DNA from: Thainema sp.
Lineage (GTDB): Bacteria > Cyanobacteriota > Cyanobacteriia > Phormidesmidales > Phormidesmidaceae
Assembly (NCBI GenBank): GCA_052168235.1
Contig: JBQLZK010000001.1
Span: 224,001-288,000 of the forward strand
Direction: 5' to 3'
Length of the DNA stretch: 64,000 bases
Shown here: piece after piece, positions 20,489 through 30,145 of the stretch
Layout: every line of letters starts with the position of its first letter
Numbering within the stretch: the first letter of the stretch is position 1
Made by a program: the position numbers and the translations under genes
Notes under the pieces: model-generated
Told to the model about the DNA's origin: nothing
The model's database searches: none
The model's input: only the letters and a program-made list of their open reading frames with translations

Positions 20489-20583
20489 TATAGCTGTAGT
20501 CAGCTAGGTTAGGACACGGACATTTTTGTAGCGCGGCTGAGCAGCGCTACAAAAATGTCCTAACCAGCATGGCTACCGCTATA
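20489..20583 (+). mobile_element. 95-bp TATAG...CTATA hairpin mini-element, family B
   Basis: Related copies at 39115-39171 and 51977-52069; stem GGACATTTTTGTAGCGC/GCGCTACAAAAATGTCC. Confidence 0.75.
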
Positions 20584-20649
20584 GGACTGCGAGAACTGGT
20601 ATATGTAACATTGTTAAATAACACCTTTATCTGTTACCAAATCTAGTCC

Positions 20650-21150
20650 ATGAAGAAATCGCGCCTTTTTCGTTTTCTGCTGCTCTGCCTCGTCGTTGTG
20701 GCAACGACGATGAGCTATTCTCTCCCGGCATCGGCTCAGGAGAACACGGTTGATTACACGCTGACCGATGTGCGATACCGCGATTTTTCTCACAAAAACC
20801 TAGAGGGTACGTCATTTGCGGGAGCAGAAGCCCAGGGCGCAAACTTTGAGGGCGCAAATCTGCGCGGCACCATCTTGACCAAAGCCTCATTTACAGAGGC
20901 CAATCTCAAAGACGTTGACCTGTCTGATACATTTGCCGATCGGGTTTCCTTTAACGGTGCAGATCTCACCAACGTGATTTTCACAGATGCGATCGCATCT
21001 AGTAGCACCTTTGCCGATGCCACCATCACCGGAGCCGACTTTTCCGGGGCAATTTTAGACCGAATTCAGGTGAAGTACATGTGCGATCGCGCCGATGGCA
21101 TCAATCCTGTTACAGGAATTTCCACCAAAGCCAGCTTAGGCTGTCGGTAA
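20650..21150 (+). CDS. Pentapeptide-repeat protein (exported/lumenal)
   Basis: Signal peptide, A(D/N)L/F repeats, C-terminal C..A.GINP.TG..T..SLGC. Confidence 0.92.
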   Translation: MKKSRLFRFLLLCLVVVATTMSYSLPASAQENTVDYTLTDVRYRDFSHKNLEGTSFAGAEAQGANFEGANLRGTILTKASFTEANLKDVDLSDTFADRVSFNGADLTNVIFTDAIASSSTFADATITGADFSGAILDRIQVKYMCDRADGINPVTGISTKASLGCR

Positions 21151-21298
21151 CACCACCAACAGCCTGCACGCAAATGACGCTGAGAAGAATTTGGTGGGCG
21201 GTGCCCACCAAATTCAATCCAGTATTTTGCTCGCTGACCCATCCTGAAAGTGCGGGCCAACCCAATTAACAGCTAGATAGCACCCTAGCTTCAAACTC

Positions 21299-21496
21299 TT
21301 ACTCGCGTCGGTTCATCTCGATTTGCAATAGGGGATAGCTAGAACTGGGCAATGAATCAACGTCAGTTGACGAAAAATAAGCAATCATTAAAAACGGCAG
21401 CGTTAAAGTTGCGAAGGCAACTAACGTTCCAACAATGTCTGCAACCTTACCGGAGTTACGTTTAGGAGGGTTATCAGACTGACTAGCAGATTCCAT
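21299..21496 (-). CDS. Small membrane protein
   Basis: 65 aa with one TM (IVGTLVAFATLTLPFLMIAYFS). Confidence 0.6.
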   Translation of the reverse strand: MESASQSDNPPKRNSGKVADIVGTLVAFATLTLPFLMIAYFSSTDVDSLPSSSYPLLQIEMNRRE

Positions 21497-21803
21497 ACTA
21501 TTGAGAATGAACCAACTACTTGAAACAAAAACGAAATAAACGCGAAATTGAAAGATGTAAGCCTAGCTTAACCCAACCTATCGGGGAGCAAACTAGACTT
21601 TATACAGAAATTTTAACGATCCCGCCTGATCAAAGTGTCGTCTAATCAACAGTTGTCATCAAACACTTCATTGATCGATGACTTTGCTTATACCGCTCAT
21701 GCGGTGCATTTGACTCCTTCAAAGAGTAGCGAGAGAGCGTCTAGCCGTGCAATACGGCAATCTCTCCCTTGCGATTAAAGAATACGCCTATGACGATAAA
21801 GTG

Positions 21804-21860
21804 GCCAATCAGAATGGGGTAAAACCTTGCTGAGCAAGGTTTTACCCCATTCTGATTGGC
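21804..21860. repeat. Perfect 57-bp palindrome downstream of gltS (possible terminator)
   Basis: 28-bp arms around a single G. Confidence 0.85.
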
Positions 21861-21882
21861 TTAAAATAATGTTGGTTTGGAC

Positions 21883-23352
21883 TTAGCGGTTGATTAGCTC
21901 TCGATCGTAATTTGCCGCAACTGCCTGTCGGGCTTGCTGACGCATCAGGAAATGGCCCGCAACCAGCCAGAAAATGAGCAATCCACCTGTGATGGCCAGC
22001 GTTCCCCATAGCCCAATTGTGACAATGAGTGCCGGAGCCGCTGCGGTGAACAAGCCGCCACCCACAATCGGTTCAAAGAACAGCTGTTTATAAGCAAAGC
22101 TTTCAAATGCACCGGAGCGATTCTCAGGATCGACCATGCGCAGAAGCAAAATACCCGTAGCGGTGACGCCCATCGACTGTCCCATATCGCCAATAGCTTT
22201 TTCAAACCAGTAATCGGGAAAAATACGCGGCGCGTAATACAGCATGAACAGGATATTCCACGCAATTCCCGCCACACTGAGAATGAGAAACGTACTGATG
22301 TTGCTGCCGATCACCGTCAGCGAGATGGAAGCTAGTGCCGTCACCACCACAACGTCCAGTGCAGTACCCGCAATACTTTTCATGAATGGCTGGATGACTA
22401 AGCAGCTTAACCCCAAACGTTCCATGATGATCTGAACAATGATGCCGCCCACCAGCGCCATTGGAAACAGCGGCACATAGCTCATCACCGTGAATCCGGT
22501 TTGTCCCCAAGTGAGGGATTCAATCAGAATGAGTCCCTGCTGAATTAGCCAGCCAAAGACGATGGCAATGCCCACAAACCCAAAATTGAGGGACAGCGGA
22601 TCGATTAACAGACCGCTCATCAAACGGGCGCGTCGCTGGCGGACTTCCGGGCTATCGTCAGCATGAATCAGTTCTGGGACTTCACCGGGGTCATCAACTT
22701 CGGTCTGAAAGGCAGGGATATGGTGCTTTTTCCTAGCCCATTCGGCCAAAGCTGTACCCGCGATAATGCCAGAGACAATGCCAACGGTAGCTAAACCCAG
22801 CGCTAAATCAGGGCCATCCTCAAAGCCCAGATCCAGTAGCGTATCGGCCATACCGCCTGCGGTGCCGTGTCCGCCCTCAAAACCAATTTCAATCAGCGCT
22901 GCGGAAATTGGATTGGCTCCAAAGATAGGAATCAGAATTACCAGCGTGACCAAAATCCCGACGACATATTGTCCCCAAGCTAAAGATTGACCAAAGACGA
23001 CTTGTGGCGCAGCTTTGCGCCAAATGTCTCTAGGTTGGGGAATTGATTCGCCGAGGAATAGGGCTGCAAAAACGATATTAATGAACACGCCAGGTGATTG
23101 TGACCAGACGGTGCGAATTTCTTCAGAGAAAAAACCGCCAGCGAGCAAGGTGTCTTCACCAAATAAACCTGTAAAAATGGCTCCTAATACCTGTGGGCCG
23201 AAGATTAAAGCTAATGCACCAGCAACGATGGATTCGGGTAAGTACAGCATTTGAATCCAGCGCATTTTTTGTTTGAGATAGCGCCCTGCTAGAATCAAAA
23301 GCGCAATCCAAACAAAGGCAAATAATACATCCTTAAGCGTAAACATAATCAT
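21883..23352 (-). CDS. gltS: Sodium/glutamate symporter (GltS family)
   Basis: GFEGGHGTA and GQSMGVTATG motifs, multiple TMs. Confidence 0.85.
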   Translation of the reverse strand: MIMFTLKDVLFAFVWIALLILAGRYLKQKMRWIQMLYLPESIVAGALALIFGPQVLGAIFTGLFGEDTLLAGGFFSEEIRTVWSQSPGVFINIVFAALFLGESIPQPRDIWRKAAPQVVFGQSLAWGQYVVGILVTLVILIPIFGANPISAALIEIGFEGGHGTAGGMADTLLDLGFEDGPDLALGLATVGIVSGIIAGTALAEWARKKHHIPAFQTEVDDPGEVPELIHADDSPEVRQRRARLMSGLLIDPLSLNFGFVGIAIVFGWLIQQGLILIESLTWGQTGFTVMSYVPLFPMALVGGIIVQIIMERLGLSCLVIQPFMKSIAGTALDVVVVTALASISLTVIGSNISTFLILSVAGIAWNILFMLYYAPRIFPDYWFEKAIGDMGQSMGVTATGILLLRMVDPENRSGAFESFAYKQLFFEPIVGGGLFTAAAPALIVTIGLWGTLAITGGLLIFWLVAGHFLMRQQARQAVAANYDRELINR

Positions 23353-23691
23353 GAAGCGATCGCATGTCGCATTTGTGGTGTCAGATTAGAACTACAAACA
23401 TGGTGAATCTGTCATGGTGAATCGGTTGATTGCTATGTTGATTGCTGTATAGCCTGAAAATACGAGTTTTTGCCGTGATGAATTTTACAGTCTCATCAGT
23501 TGAGACCTGCCCTTAGTGAGCGCGTAACTGTACATTCAGGCTAATTTGAGCCTACAGTTGAGCCATCCGATTTGGTTGAGGGGCAGCCAATCCCGCTAGG
23601 ATACGGTTAAACTCAACTTGGGTGCGAAAGTTACATGCCAATCTCCGCTCACACACACATCAAAATCTAGAGTGCATAGGTTTTCTGCAAC

Positions 23692-24636
23692 ATGTCTGTT
23701 TCCACGGTTCTGAATCCTAGCAAGCTCATTGTGGGGTGTTGGCAACTTGATGAGCGTAGTTGGACATCCTACCCAGAGCAGGATGTCATGCGAGCTATTG
23801 ACACATACTTGGCTTTGGGAGTGACTAGCTTCGACACGGCAGATATCTACGGTCGGAGTGAGCAACTACTGGGCCGCTTTCTGAAAGGGCAAGACTGTCT
23901 AATTTACACGAAGGCTGTTTTCTTTGGCGCTGTGCCAACAGCCATGCAAATTCGCAATAAGGTTGAATCGTCTCTGCGGAATCTGCAGCGCGATCGCATT
24001 GATTGTGTGCAAATTCACTGGCACGATCCAGCAATGGATTTTGCCTCGACCTTGAATACCTATGCGGATCTGATGGAGCAAGGCAAAATTCGTCAGCTTG
24101 GCGTAACTAATTTTACGACGCCTATGCTGGAAAAAGCATTACAGTATGCGCCGATTCAAACGCATCAGGTTCAGTACAGCCTGATTGATCGGCGAGTGGA
24201 ACATTCGATGCAAGCCCTATGCCAGCAGCATGGTATTGAGCTACTAGCCTATGGGCCATTGGCGGGTGGTTATTTATCAGACAACTTTCGGGGACTGTCC
24301 TATCCACCGACGGAGCCAGATCATGGGCGCACGTTCTACTACAGCAATATGATCCGGATGCACGGCGGCTGGACAGCGGTTGTGAACCTGTTGGCCACGC
24401 TTAGCGAAGTGGCGCAGAAGTATGACAAAACGGTGGCGCAGGTAGCGTTGAACTGGGTAAGTCAACGGCCACAGGTGCAGGCGGTGATTTCCGGTTTGAC
24501 GCTGAATCGTCAGCATATCCGCGACAACGTCGAGGCAATGAATTTTCCGCTAGAGCCAGATGATCTACAGCTATTGTCCGATCGCTCCGATGCGCTGTTC
24601 AAACAGGTGGGAGATATCTACTCCTATGAACGATGA
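23692..24636 (+). CDS. Aldo/keto reductase
   Basis: GCWQ, FDTADIYG.SE, IHW, LGVTNF, QVQYSL.DRR, AYGPLAGG. Confidence 0.9.
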   Translation: MSVSTVLNPSKLIVGCWQLDERSWTSYPEQDVMRAIDTYLALGVTSFDTADIYGRSEQLLGRFLKGQDCLIYTKAVFFGAVPTAMQIRNKVESSLRNLQRDRIDCVQIHWHDPAMDFASTLNTYADLMEQGKIRQLGVTNFTTPMLEKALQYAPIQTHQVQYSLIDRRVEHSMQALCQQHGIELLAYGPLAGGYLSDNFRGLSYPPTEPDHGRTFYYSNMIRMHGGWTAVVNLLATLSEVAQKYDKTVAQVALNWVSQRPQVQAVISGLTLNRQHIRDNVEAMNFPLEPDDLQLLSDRSDALFKQVGDIYSYER

Positions 24637-24978
24637 ACGAACGATAAACAGCAAATTTTACGCCAACGAATTCCACGTCAACTTTGAACAGTAGCGTTGA
24701 ACCCAGTCTTTATCATGCTTTTTGAAGTTATTCTGCGGAACGTTAAGTTGCGATCTCACCTGCTTTTTCGATAGAAGTTGATGTAGATCCTTGCCCCATA
24801 GGACTTTGTGGCGATTGTATAGAGCTGCAAAATTGTTACAGTTCCTCAGTCAGCATTAACTCTTTTTGCAGAGATGGTCAAACTGCCTGGAAACCGCGTT
24901 ATCTGTAGCTTATAAGGCTTGTTCATCTGCTGCTGTAGCAGCGGTATGGGCAGCAAAGCATGCTATCAGAAACGTCCC

Positions 24979-25263
24979 ATGAACTGGAATTCTCAGCTAA
25001 CCAAACTGATTTTTGATTTTTATCGGGAAAACCCTGAAGAGGCCAGACAGATTCAGGGGCTAAAGCAGTGTAAACTTTCTCGACGCTGGGGCGTATTGCG
25101 AATTCGGTGCCAAAATCCTGCGATCGCACATTCCCTAGCAGCAGCCAGCGACATTTTGCTAGAACCCGTTGCACAATTACGACTGGCCAAAGAAGTGCGA
25201 TTGATTTCTGATCGATTGCTCATCGCGGCATTGCCCGTCAACACGCCTAAACTCTTCCGATAA
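24979..25263 (+). CDS. Hypothetical protein
   Basis: MNWNSQLTKLIFDFY...CKLSRRWGVLRIRC; start set at ATG 24979. Confidence 0.65.
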   Translation: MNWNSQLTKLIFDFYRENPEEARQIQGLKQCKLSRRWGVLRIRCQNPAIAHSLAAASDILLEPVAQLRLAKEVRLISDRLLIAALPVNTPKLFR

Positions 25264-25401
25264 TGGAATCAAAACGGATGGGGACATGCGATAATTCTGC
25301 CGCAGGTCATCGTTCGTTTTGGTTCAGAGTCCGTCCAAAGTACGATCACAACAATTTAATTTTTCGTAACTATAAGAGCACAGCATTCAAAAGGTGAATT
25401 T

Positions 25402-25578
25402 ATGGTTACTGAAATGACCGAACTAGAAAAGCGGCAGCGACGTGAAAAGGGTATTACATCCCCTACGTTGACTAACAAGTCTGGCGCAGACTGGGAAGCG
25501 ACGCTTGGCGCTCTGTTGGTTATCGGATTGCCGCTATTTATTGTTGCGGGTTTTTATTACGGTTTTATCAATATATAA
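25402..25578 (+). CDS. Unannotated 58-aa small membrane protein
   Basis: AAGGTG RBS; MVTEMTELEKRQRREKGITSPTLTNKSGADWEATLGALLVIGLPLFIVAGFYYGFINI; a hairpin follows near 25601-25637. Confidence 0.65.
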   Translation: MVTEMTELEKRQRREKGITSPTLTNKSGADWEATLGALLVIGLPLFIVAGFYYGFINI

Positions 25579-25848
25579 GAGCGAATCAGATTCTAACTAA
25601 TTGGCGAAATGTGCGCTTAGCGCGCATATTTCGCCAAAACTGTTTTAGGGTGTTCCTGCGCTTTTCCTACGCTTTTTGTACTGGTTGGGGCAGTAAAAAA
25701 CTGTGAAAACGTTCAAATGTTTGGACGTTCAATAGCGTACTATATCAACTAAACTGGCAAAGGCCCTAACATCCTGTATCGCTTAACGCATTGCCTCTTT
25801 ACTAAATGCCTTAAGCTAGCTTCGTTGTCAGGCATTGACAGGTATGCC

Positions 25849-27303
25849 ATGAGTGATGATCCAAATCAAATTAATCAATTCAATCAATTTGAACCGTCTG
25901 AAACAACAGCAACGGCTGATCCACCAGAATCAAGCTCAACGGTGACTAATGAATCAGGTTTAGCGAAATTCTTTCACTTTGCCGAACTGCAGACGAATAC
26001 TCGCACTGAGTTATTGGCTGGAGTGACCAGCTTCATTACGATGGCGTACATTCTGGCGGTAAATCCTGCCATTTTATCCAACGCCATTTTTCTGCAAGCA
26101 TCGGGCGATCTGTTTGGTGAACTGGTGATTGCAACCGCCATTTCGGCTGCGATCGCAACATTGATCATGGGCCTATACGCCAAATTTCCCTTTGTCCTCG
26201 CTCCCGGTATGGGCGTCAACGCCTATTTTGCATTTTCAGTTGTACTGGGACTGGGAATCGACTGGCGCGTTGCCTTAGCCGCTGTTTTCATTGAGGGCTT
26301 AATCTTCATCGGCCTCACGTTTGGCAATCTGCGTGCCAAAATTGTCAATGTGATTCCAGATTGCATTAAGCACGCAACCGCAGCCGGGATTGGTCTGTTT
26401 ATCGCCTACATTGCCTTATCCGGCAGCCTCGACACGGGTGGAGCGGGAATTATCGTAGCGGATGAAGCGACTCTGACCGCTCTGGGCGATGTCGCTCAAC
26501 CGCAAACACTGATGGCGCTATTTGGTATTTTGATCACGGCAGCATTTGTGGCCCGACGAATCATTGGCGCATTGCTATGGGGCATTTTAGCCACGGCACT
26601 ACTGGGCTGGATTACTGGCATTGCGCCTTGGCCTGAGGGCATTGTCGGCCTGCCGCAGCTTCCGGTTGACTTGTTCGGTCAAGCGTTTGTCGGTCTGGGC
26701 GGCATGCTCCAGACGGATTTCTTAGAAATGTTTGCCATCGTATTTGTCTTCCTGTTCGTTGACCTATTTGACACCGTGGGTACGCTGACAGGGTTAGGCA
26801 TCCGAGCAGGCTACATTAATCAGCGGGGCGAGTTTCCTGGTGTAGACAAGGCATTTATGGCCGATGCTGTCGGTACAACCGCAGGCGCAGTTCTGGGCAC
26901 CTCGACTGTGACCACCTATATCGAGTCGGCCTCTGGAATTTCCGAAGGGGGGCGCAGTGGCTTGACGGCTGTGATTGCGGCTGGACTGTTCGCCGCTTCG
27001 ATTTTCTTTATTCCGCTGCTGTCTGGCATCCCCGGCTTTGCCACGGCTCCAGCCTTGATCATCGTTGGCGTTCTGATGGCAGGCAGTCTCAGCCATATTC
27101 GTTGGGACGATCCGGCAGAATCGATTCCGGCTTTCTTGACCATTTTGATCATGCCACTCAGCTTCTCGATTGCAGATGGACTAGCAGCAGGTTTGATCGC
27201 GTATCCGCTGATCAAGTCTTTCCAAGGCAAATTCCACGAAGTCAAGCTCGGCATGTGGATCTTAGCGGCAATTTTTGTAGTCCGTTTTCTCTTGCCCGCC
27301 TAA
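25849..27303 (+). CDS. NCS2/AzgA-type purine permease
   Basis: TMAYILAVNPAIL, LAPGMGVNAYF, DLFDTVGT, TTYIESASG..EGGRSG. Confidence 0.9.
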   Translation: MSDDPNQINQFNQFEPSETTATADPPESSSTVTNESGLAKFFHFAELQTNTRTELLAGVTSFITMAYILAVNPAILSNAIFLQASGDLFGELVIATAISAAIATLIMGLYAKFPFVLAPGMGVNAYFAFSVVLGLGIDWRVALAAVFIEGLIFIGLTFGNLRAKIVNVIPDCIKHATAAGIGLFIAYIALSGSLDTGGAGIIVADEATLTALGDVAQPQTLMALFGILITAAFVARRIIGALLWGILATALLGWITGIAPWPEGIVGLPQLPVDLFGQAFVGLGGMLQTDFLEMFAIVFVFLFVDLFDTVGTLTGLGIRAGYINQRGEFPGVDKAFMADAVGTTAGAVLGTSTVTTYIESASGISEGGRSGLTAVIAAGLFAASIFFIPLLSGIPGFATAPALIIVGVLMAGSLSHIRWDDPAESIPAFLTILIMPLSFSIADGLAAGLIAYPLIKSFQGKFHEVKLGMWILAAIFVVRFLLPA

Positions 27304-27330
27304 AACTTGTATCCCTTTAAGAATCCCAAT

Positions 27331-27550
27331 AAGTTTATGAGCCGCTGGCAAGCCAGCGTACTTGTCTAGCGCGACACTCCGGATAAATTCCCCTAAATCC
27401 CCCTATAGCCCTTCGAGCATGGCTTCGCTTAGAAAAAGAAAAGGGGAAACGTTGAGCCAGAGTTGGAATAGCCCCTTTTTTAAGGGGGCGGCGACAGCCG
27501 GGGATCTTACACCTACGTTAAACACGTGCAGGCCAGTGGCTCATAAACTT
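27331..27550. mobile_element. 220-bp MITE-like element with 19-bp terminal inverted repeats
   Basis: AAGTTTATGAGCCGCTGGC / GCCAGTGGCTCATAAACTT (18/19) enclosing a CCCC...TTAAGGGGG repeat. Confidence 0.55.
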
Positions 27551-27556
27551 CTTCAC

Positions 27557-28909
27557 TTATCTGCCTTCTAGCCGCTGTCGCCACTCTTCATCAATTTTGT
27601 CGGCATTTTCCACGTTTTGCTGGAGCAGGTCTTTTTCGGTGGTATAAGCTAAGTTCTCAGCGTTGACAATGGTTTCAGCCGCAAATTGCTTAGCGTAGTC
27701 AATAGTTTTGAGGACTGCTGGGTCAGCTTCTTGCAGTGCGATCGCACGTTCCTGACGGATTTCGTTGCGAGACTCAATCTTTTGATTACGCATCTTGATC
27801 CAGATATAGCGCAGGATGGGCACCAGTAGATAACCCACGCCATAGGCAACTAAGAACCAAAAGATCGAGTTGACAAAGCCAACTAAGCCCGTACTCAACA
27901 CAGCCGTGCTCAAATTACCGCTGTTCATCAGCGAATCCAGCACGATAATCGCCGCCAGATTGAAAATACCGAGTCCAGCCGCCCACTGAAGCTGAGTAGA
28001 CGAGGCGTGACTGAAAACCCAGGGCTTTTCTTTCAGGTAGGCTTGCACTGGCGTATGGCCCTGCTGAGCAGCGCTGACCTGGAGGTCGGGGAAGTAGTAA
28101 ATCAAGTTGCCGTCTGGGCTGACCTCGGGCTTGCCGTTGAAGCGGGTGAGCACGGGCAGCATGTAATTCTCATACTCCAGATCGTAGCCTTGACCGAGCT
28201 GGTCTAAATAAGGCGTCACCTGTGCGGCTGCGATCGCACCTTTATTGTTGCGAATCACGGCAGCAACTTCCTGCCAGCGCCGTTCCTCTAGGTTGGCATT
28301 GGGATTGCCATCGCCAAACAGAAAGGAGAAGACGGCTTCCAGAAAGCCCATGTCCGATTCAGACTGACGCGGTGCCGAATAGCCAGTTCGAGTCTGAGGC
28401 ATTGAATAGTAGCGCCGTCGCCGCTCATAGTAATTCGGCAGAAAAACGTAGTACCAGGTGGGACTCATCCAAACCCGAGGTATGGGCAAACCGCCATATC
28501 CACGACTATATCCGCCTGATGATGAGCGGTTATTTTCCCGCTGCTGCGACTGCATGGCAATCACAATCACAATGATGGCCAGCACGACCAGCACAATAGA
28601 GGCGATCAGGATAATGCCAAACGAGATCCGGATCAGATAAAACAGGACGCTCCAGACTTTATCCCACCAGGCTTTCAGTTGCGATCGCAACGACCGATTT
28701 CGAATAACGCCTCGAAAGTTCTTGGGAAAAACATAGGCAATTTCGCCCGCTTCAGACACCTGCAAATGTCCACCGGCGGCAGAAGCAAGAGCCAGCAAAT
28801 CCTGCCGAGACTGTTCAACATTCAGTCCCGTTTGGGCCGCTACGTCTCCCACTGTGACGCGGTAATCAAAAGTTTCAACAGCCTTATAAATAGTTGGATT
28901 AACGTTCAT
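27557..28909 (-). CDS. Conserved cyanobacterial/plastid membrane protein (At5g03900-like)
   Basis: RVTVGDVAA, GHLQVSE.GEI.Y.FP, FLEAVFSFLFGDGNPN..LEERRW. Confidence 0.8.
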   Translation of the reverse strand: MNVNPTIYKAVETFDYRVTVGDVAAQTGLNVEQSRQDLLALASAAGGHLQVSEAGEIAYVFPKNFRGVIRNRSLRSQLKAWWDKVWSVLFYLIRISFGIILIASIVLVVLAIIVIVIAMQSQQRENNRSSSGGYSRGYGGLPIPRVWMSPTWYYVFLPNYYERRRRYYSMPQTRTGYSAPRQSESDMGFLEAVFSFLFGDGNPNANLEERRWQEVAAVIRNNKGAIAAAQVTPYLDQLGQGYDLEYENYMLPVLTRFNGKPEVSPDGNLIYYFPDLQVSAAQQGHTPVQAYLKEKPWVFSHASSTQLQWAAGLGIFNLAAIIVLDSLMNSGNLSTAVLSTGLVGFVNSIFWFLVAYGVGYLLVPILRYIWIKMRNQKIESRNEIRQERAIALQEADPAVLKTIDYAKQFAAETIVNAENLAYTTEKDLLQQNVENADKIDEEWRQRLEGR

Positions 28910-29083
28910 AAATTGAGTCGCAATAGTGTTCCTACGGACTGCTTAATGTTGCCTGCACATCTCCAGTATAGAAATTCCATCACTGCTCGGAGTTGGAGCG
29001 ACCCTACCGCTCCATAAAAACCAAAAGCACTGTCATGCAGGACAGTGCTTCCACATCACTATGAAATTGATGAGATTGCGCAG

Positions 29084-29100
29084 GGTGGGCAATGCCCACC
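29084..29100. repeat. REP-like GGTGGGCAATGCCCACC palindrome
   Basis: Identical copy at 32351-32367; variant at 21193-21209. Confidence 0.75.
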
Positions 29101-29125
29101 TGACTAACTTTCAACTAGGCAAGTA

Positions 29126-29590
29126 CTACATGCGGTTGCCCAATACCTGATCCTTCAGGGCATTGAAGTCTTCCGATAGCTCTTGGCGGCTAGATGCCTT
29201 GAGCAGGTAGCGATAGACAAACCAAATGCTGTAGCCAAAACCGACTAACTCGAATGCAGGCGCGAGCAACGGAATATCATCAACTGCATCCAGCAGCGCG
29301 AAGGTAAGCTTTAGAGCAACGATAGCGCCAAGAATCAGACCCGCATAGGTCAGGGGACGCTTGTACTCGCTGAAAAACTCAGAAAAATACTGAGGCAAAT
29401 CTCTTGCCAACTGATTAATTTTGTCGCCGACTTCCTTCATCTGAACCGAAGAACCAGCACTTATAGACTTGGATGGCGTGATGGCACCGGGCTTCTCAGC
29501 ATTAACTTGCATTTCAATATCATGCACCTCGCCATCAGGAGTTTCAACGGCGTATTCGCGAGTGTTCTCTTGTTTTAATTCATCCATCAT
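29126..29590 (-). CDS. curT: CAAD-domain thylakoid curvature protein (CurT/CURT1 family)
   Basis: C-terminal CAAD domain LLDAVDDIPLLAPAFELVGFGYSIWFVYRYLL..SSRQEL. Confidence 0.8.
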   Translation of the reverse strand: MMDELKQENTREYAVETPDGEVHDIEMQVNAEKPGAITPSKSISAGSSVQMKEVGDKINQLARDLPQYFSEFFSEYKRPLTYAGLILGAIVALKLTFALLDAVDDIPLLAPAFELVGFGYSIWFVYRYLLKASSRQELSEDFNALKDQVLGNRM

Positions 29591-30145
29591 ATTTATACAC
29601 CAGGGCTTAACAACCTTGAACGTCCAGAGTTTGTCTGGGCTATACAACTTTTGAGGTGTGGCAGATGCATGGCTATCAGCCTCTCAGCCTGCCAGCGGAG
29701 CGAAGACGGGATAATTAACGAATTAGATTATAAACTCAGTCACGCTAATCCTATCTGACACTAAAGCAGAGTCTTTCGAATTTCAAGATCGGGATAAACG
29801 CAGATTACAGAATCGTCACTGAATGTCACACTTTTATTCGCCAGACAAACTTTCTAGACCAGACAGGATAGAACGCAGGCGATGGCGGTCGATTAAGATA
29901 TCCGGATCTTCCCGGTAGGAAACGTTTCGCCGCTTTTCAGAATCAGTCGAAAACTCGTCGCGGCGCTGATAGACGATAAATTTGCTTAATCGATCCCGGC
30001 GAGATCTAGACCAATTGCTCATTACTGAAAACCGTATAGTTCATCCTTCTTTATCCGTTTGATGAGAAAAACTAATTCTCACCCGCCAAGATTTCCAGAC
30101 TACACCATCTGAGTTCACAGTTCCGTATTCTTCTGTTACAGATAT

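Noticed and set aside
29834..30022. 62-aa ORF between lpxB and curT
   Set aside because: No recognisable family and no well-spaced RBS; not supportable.
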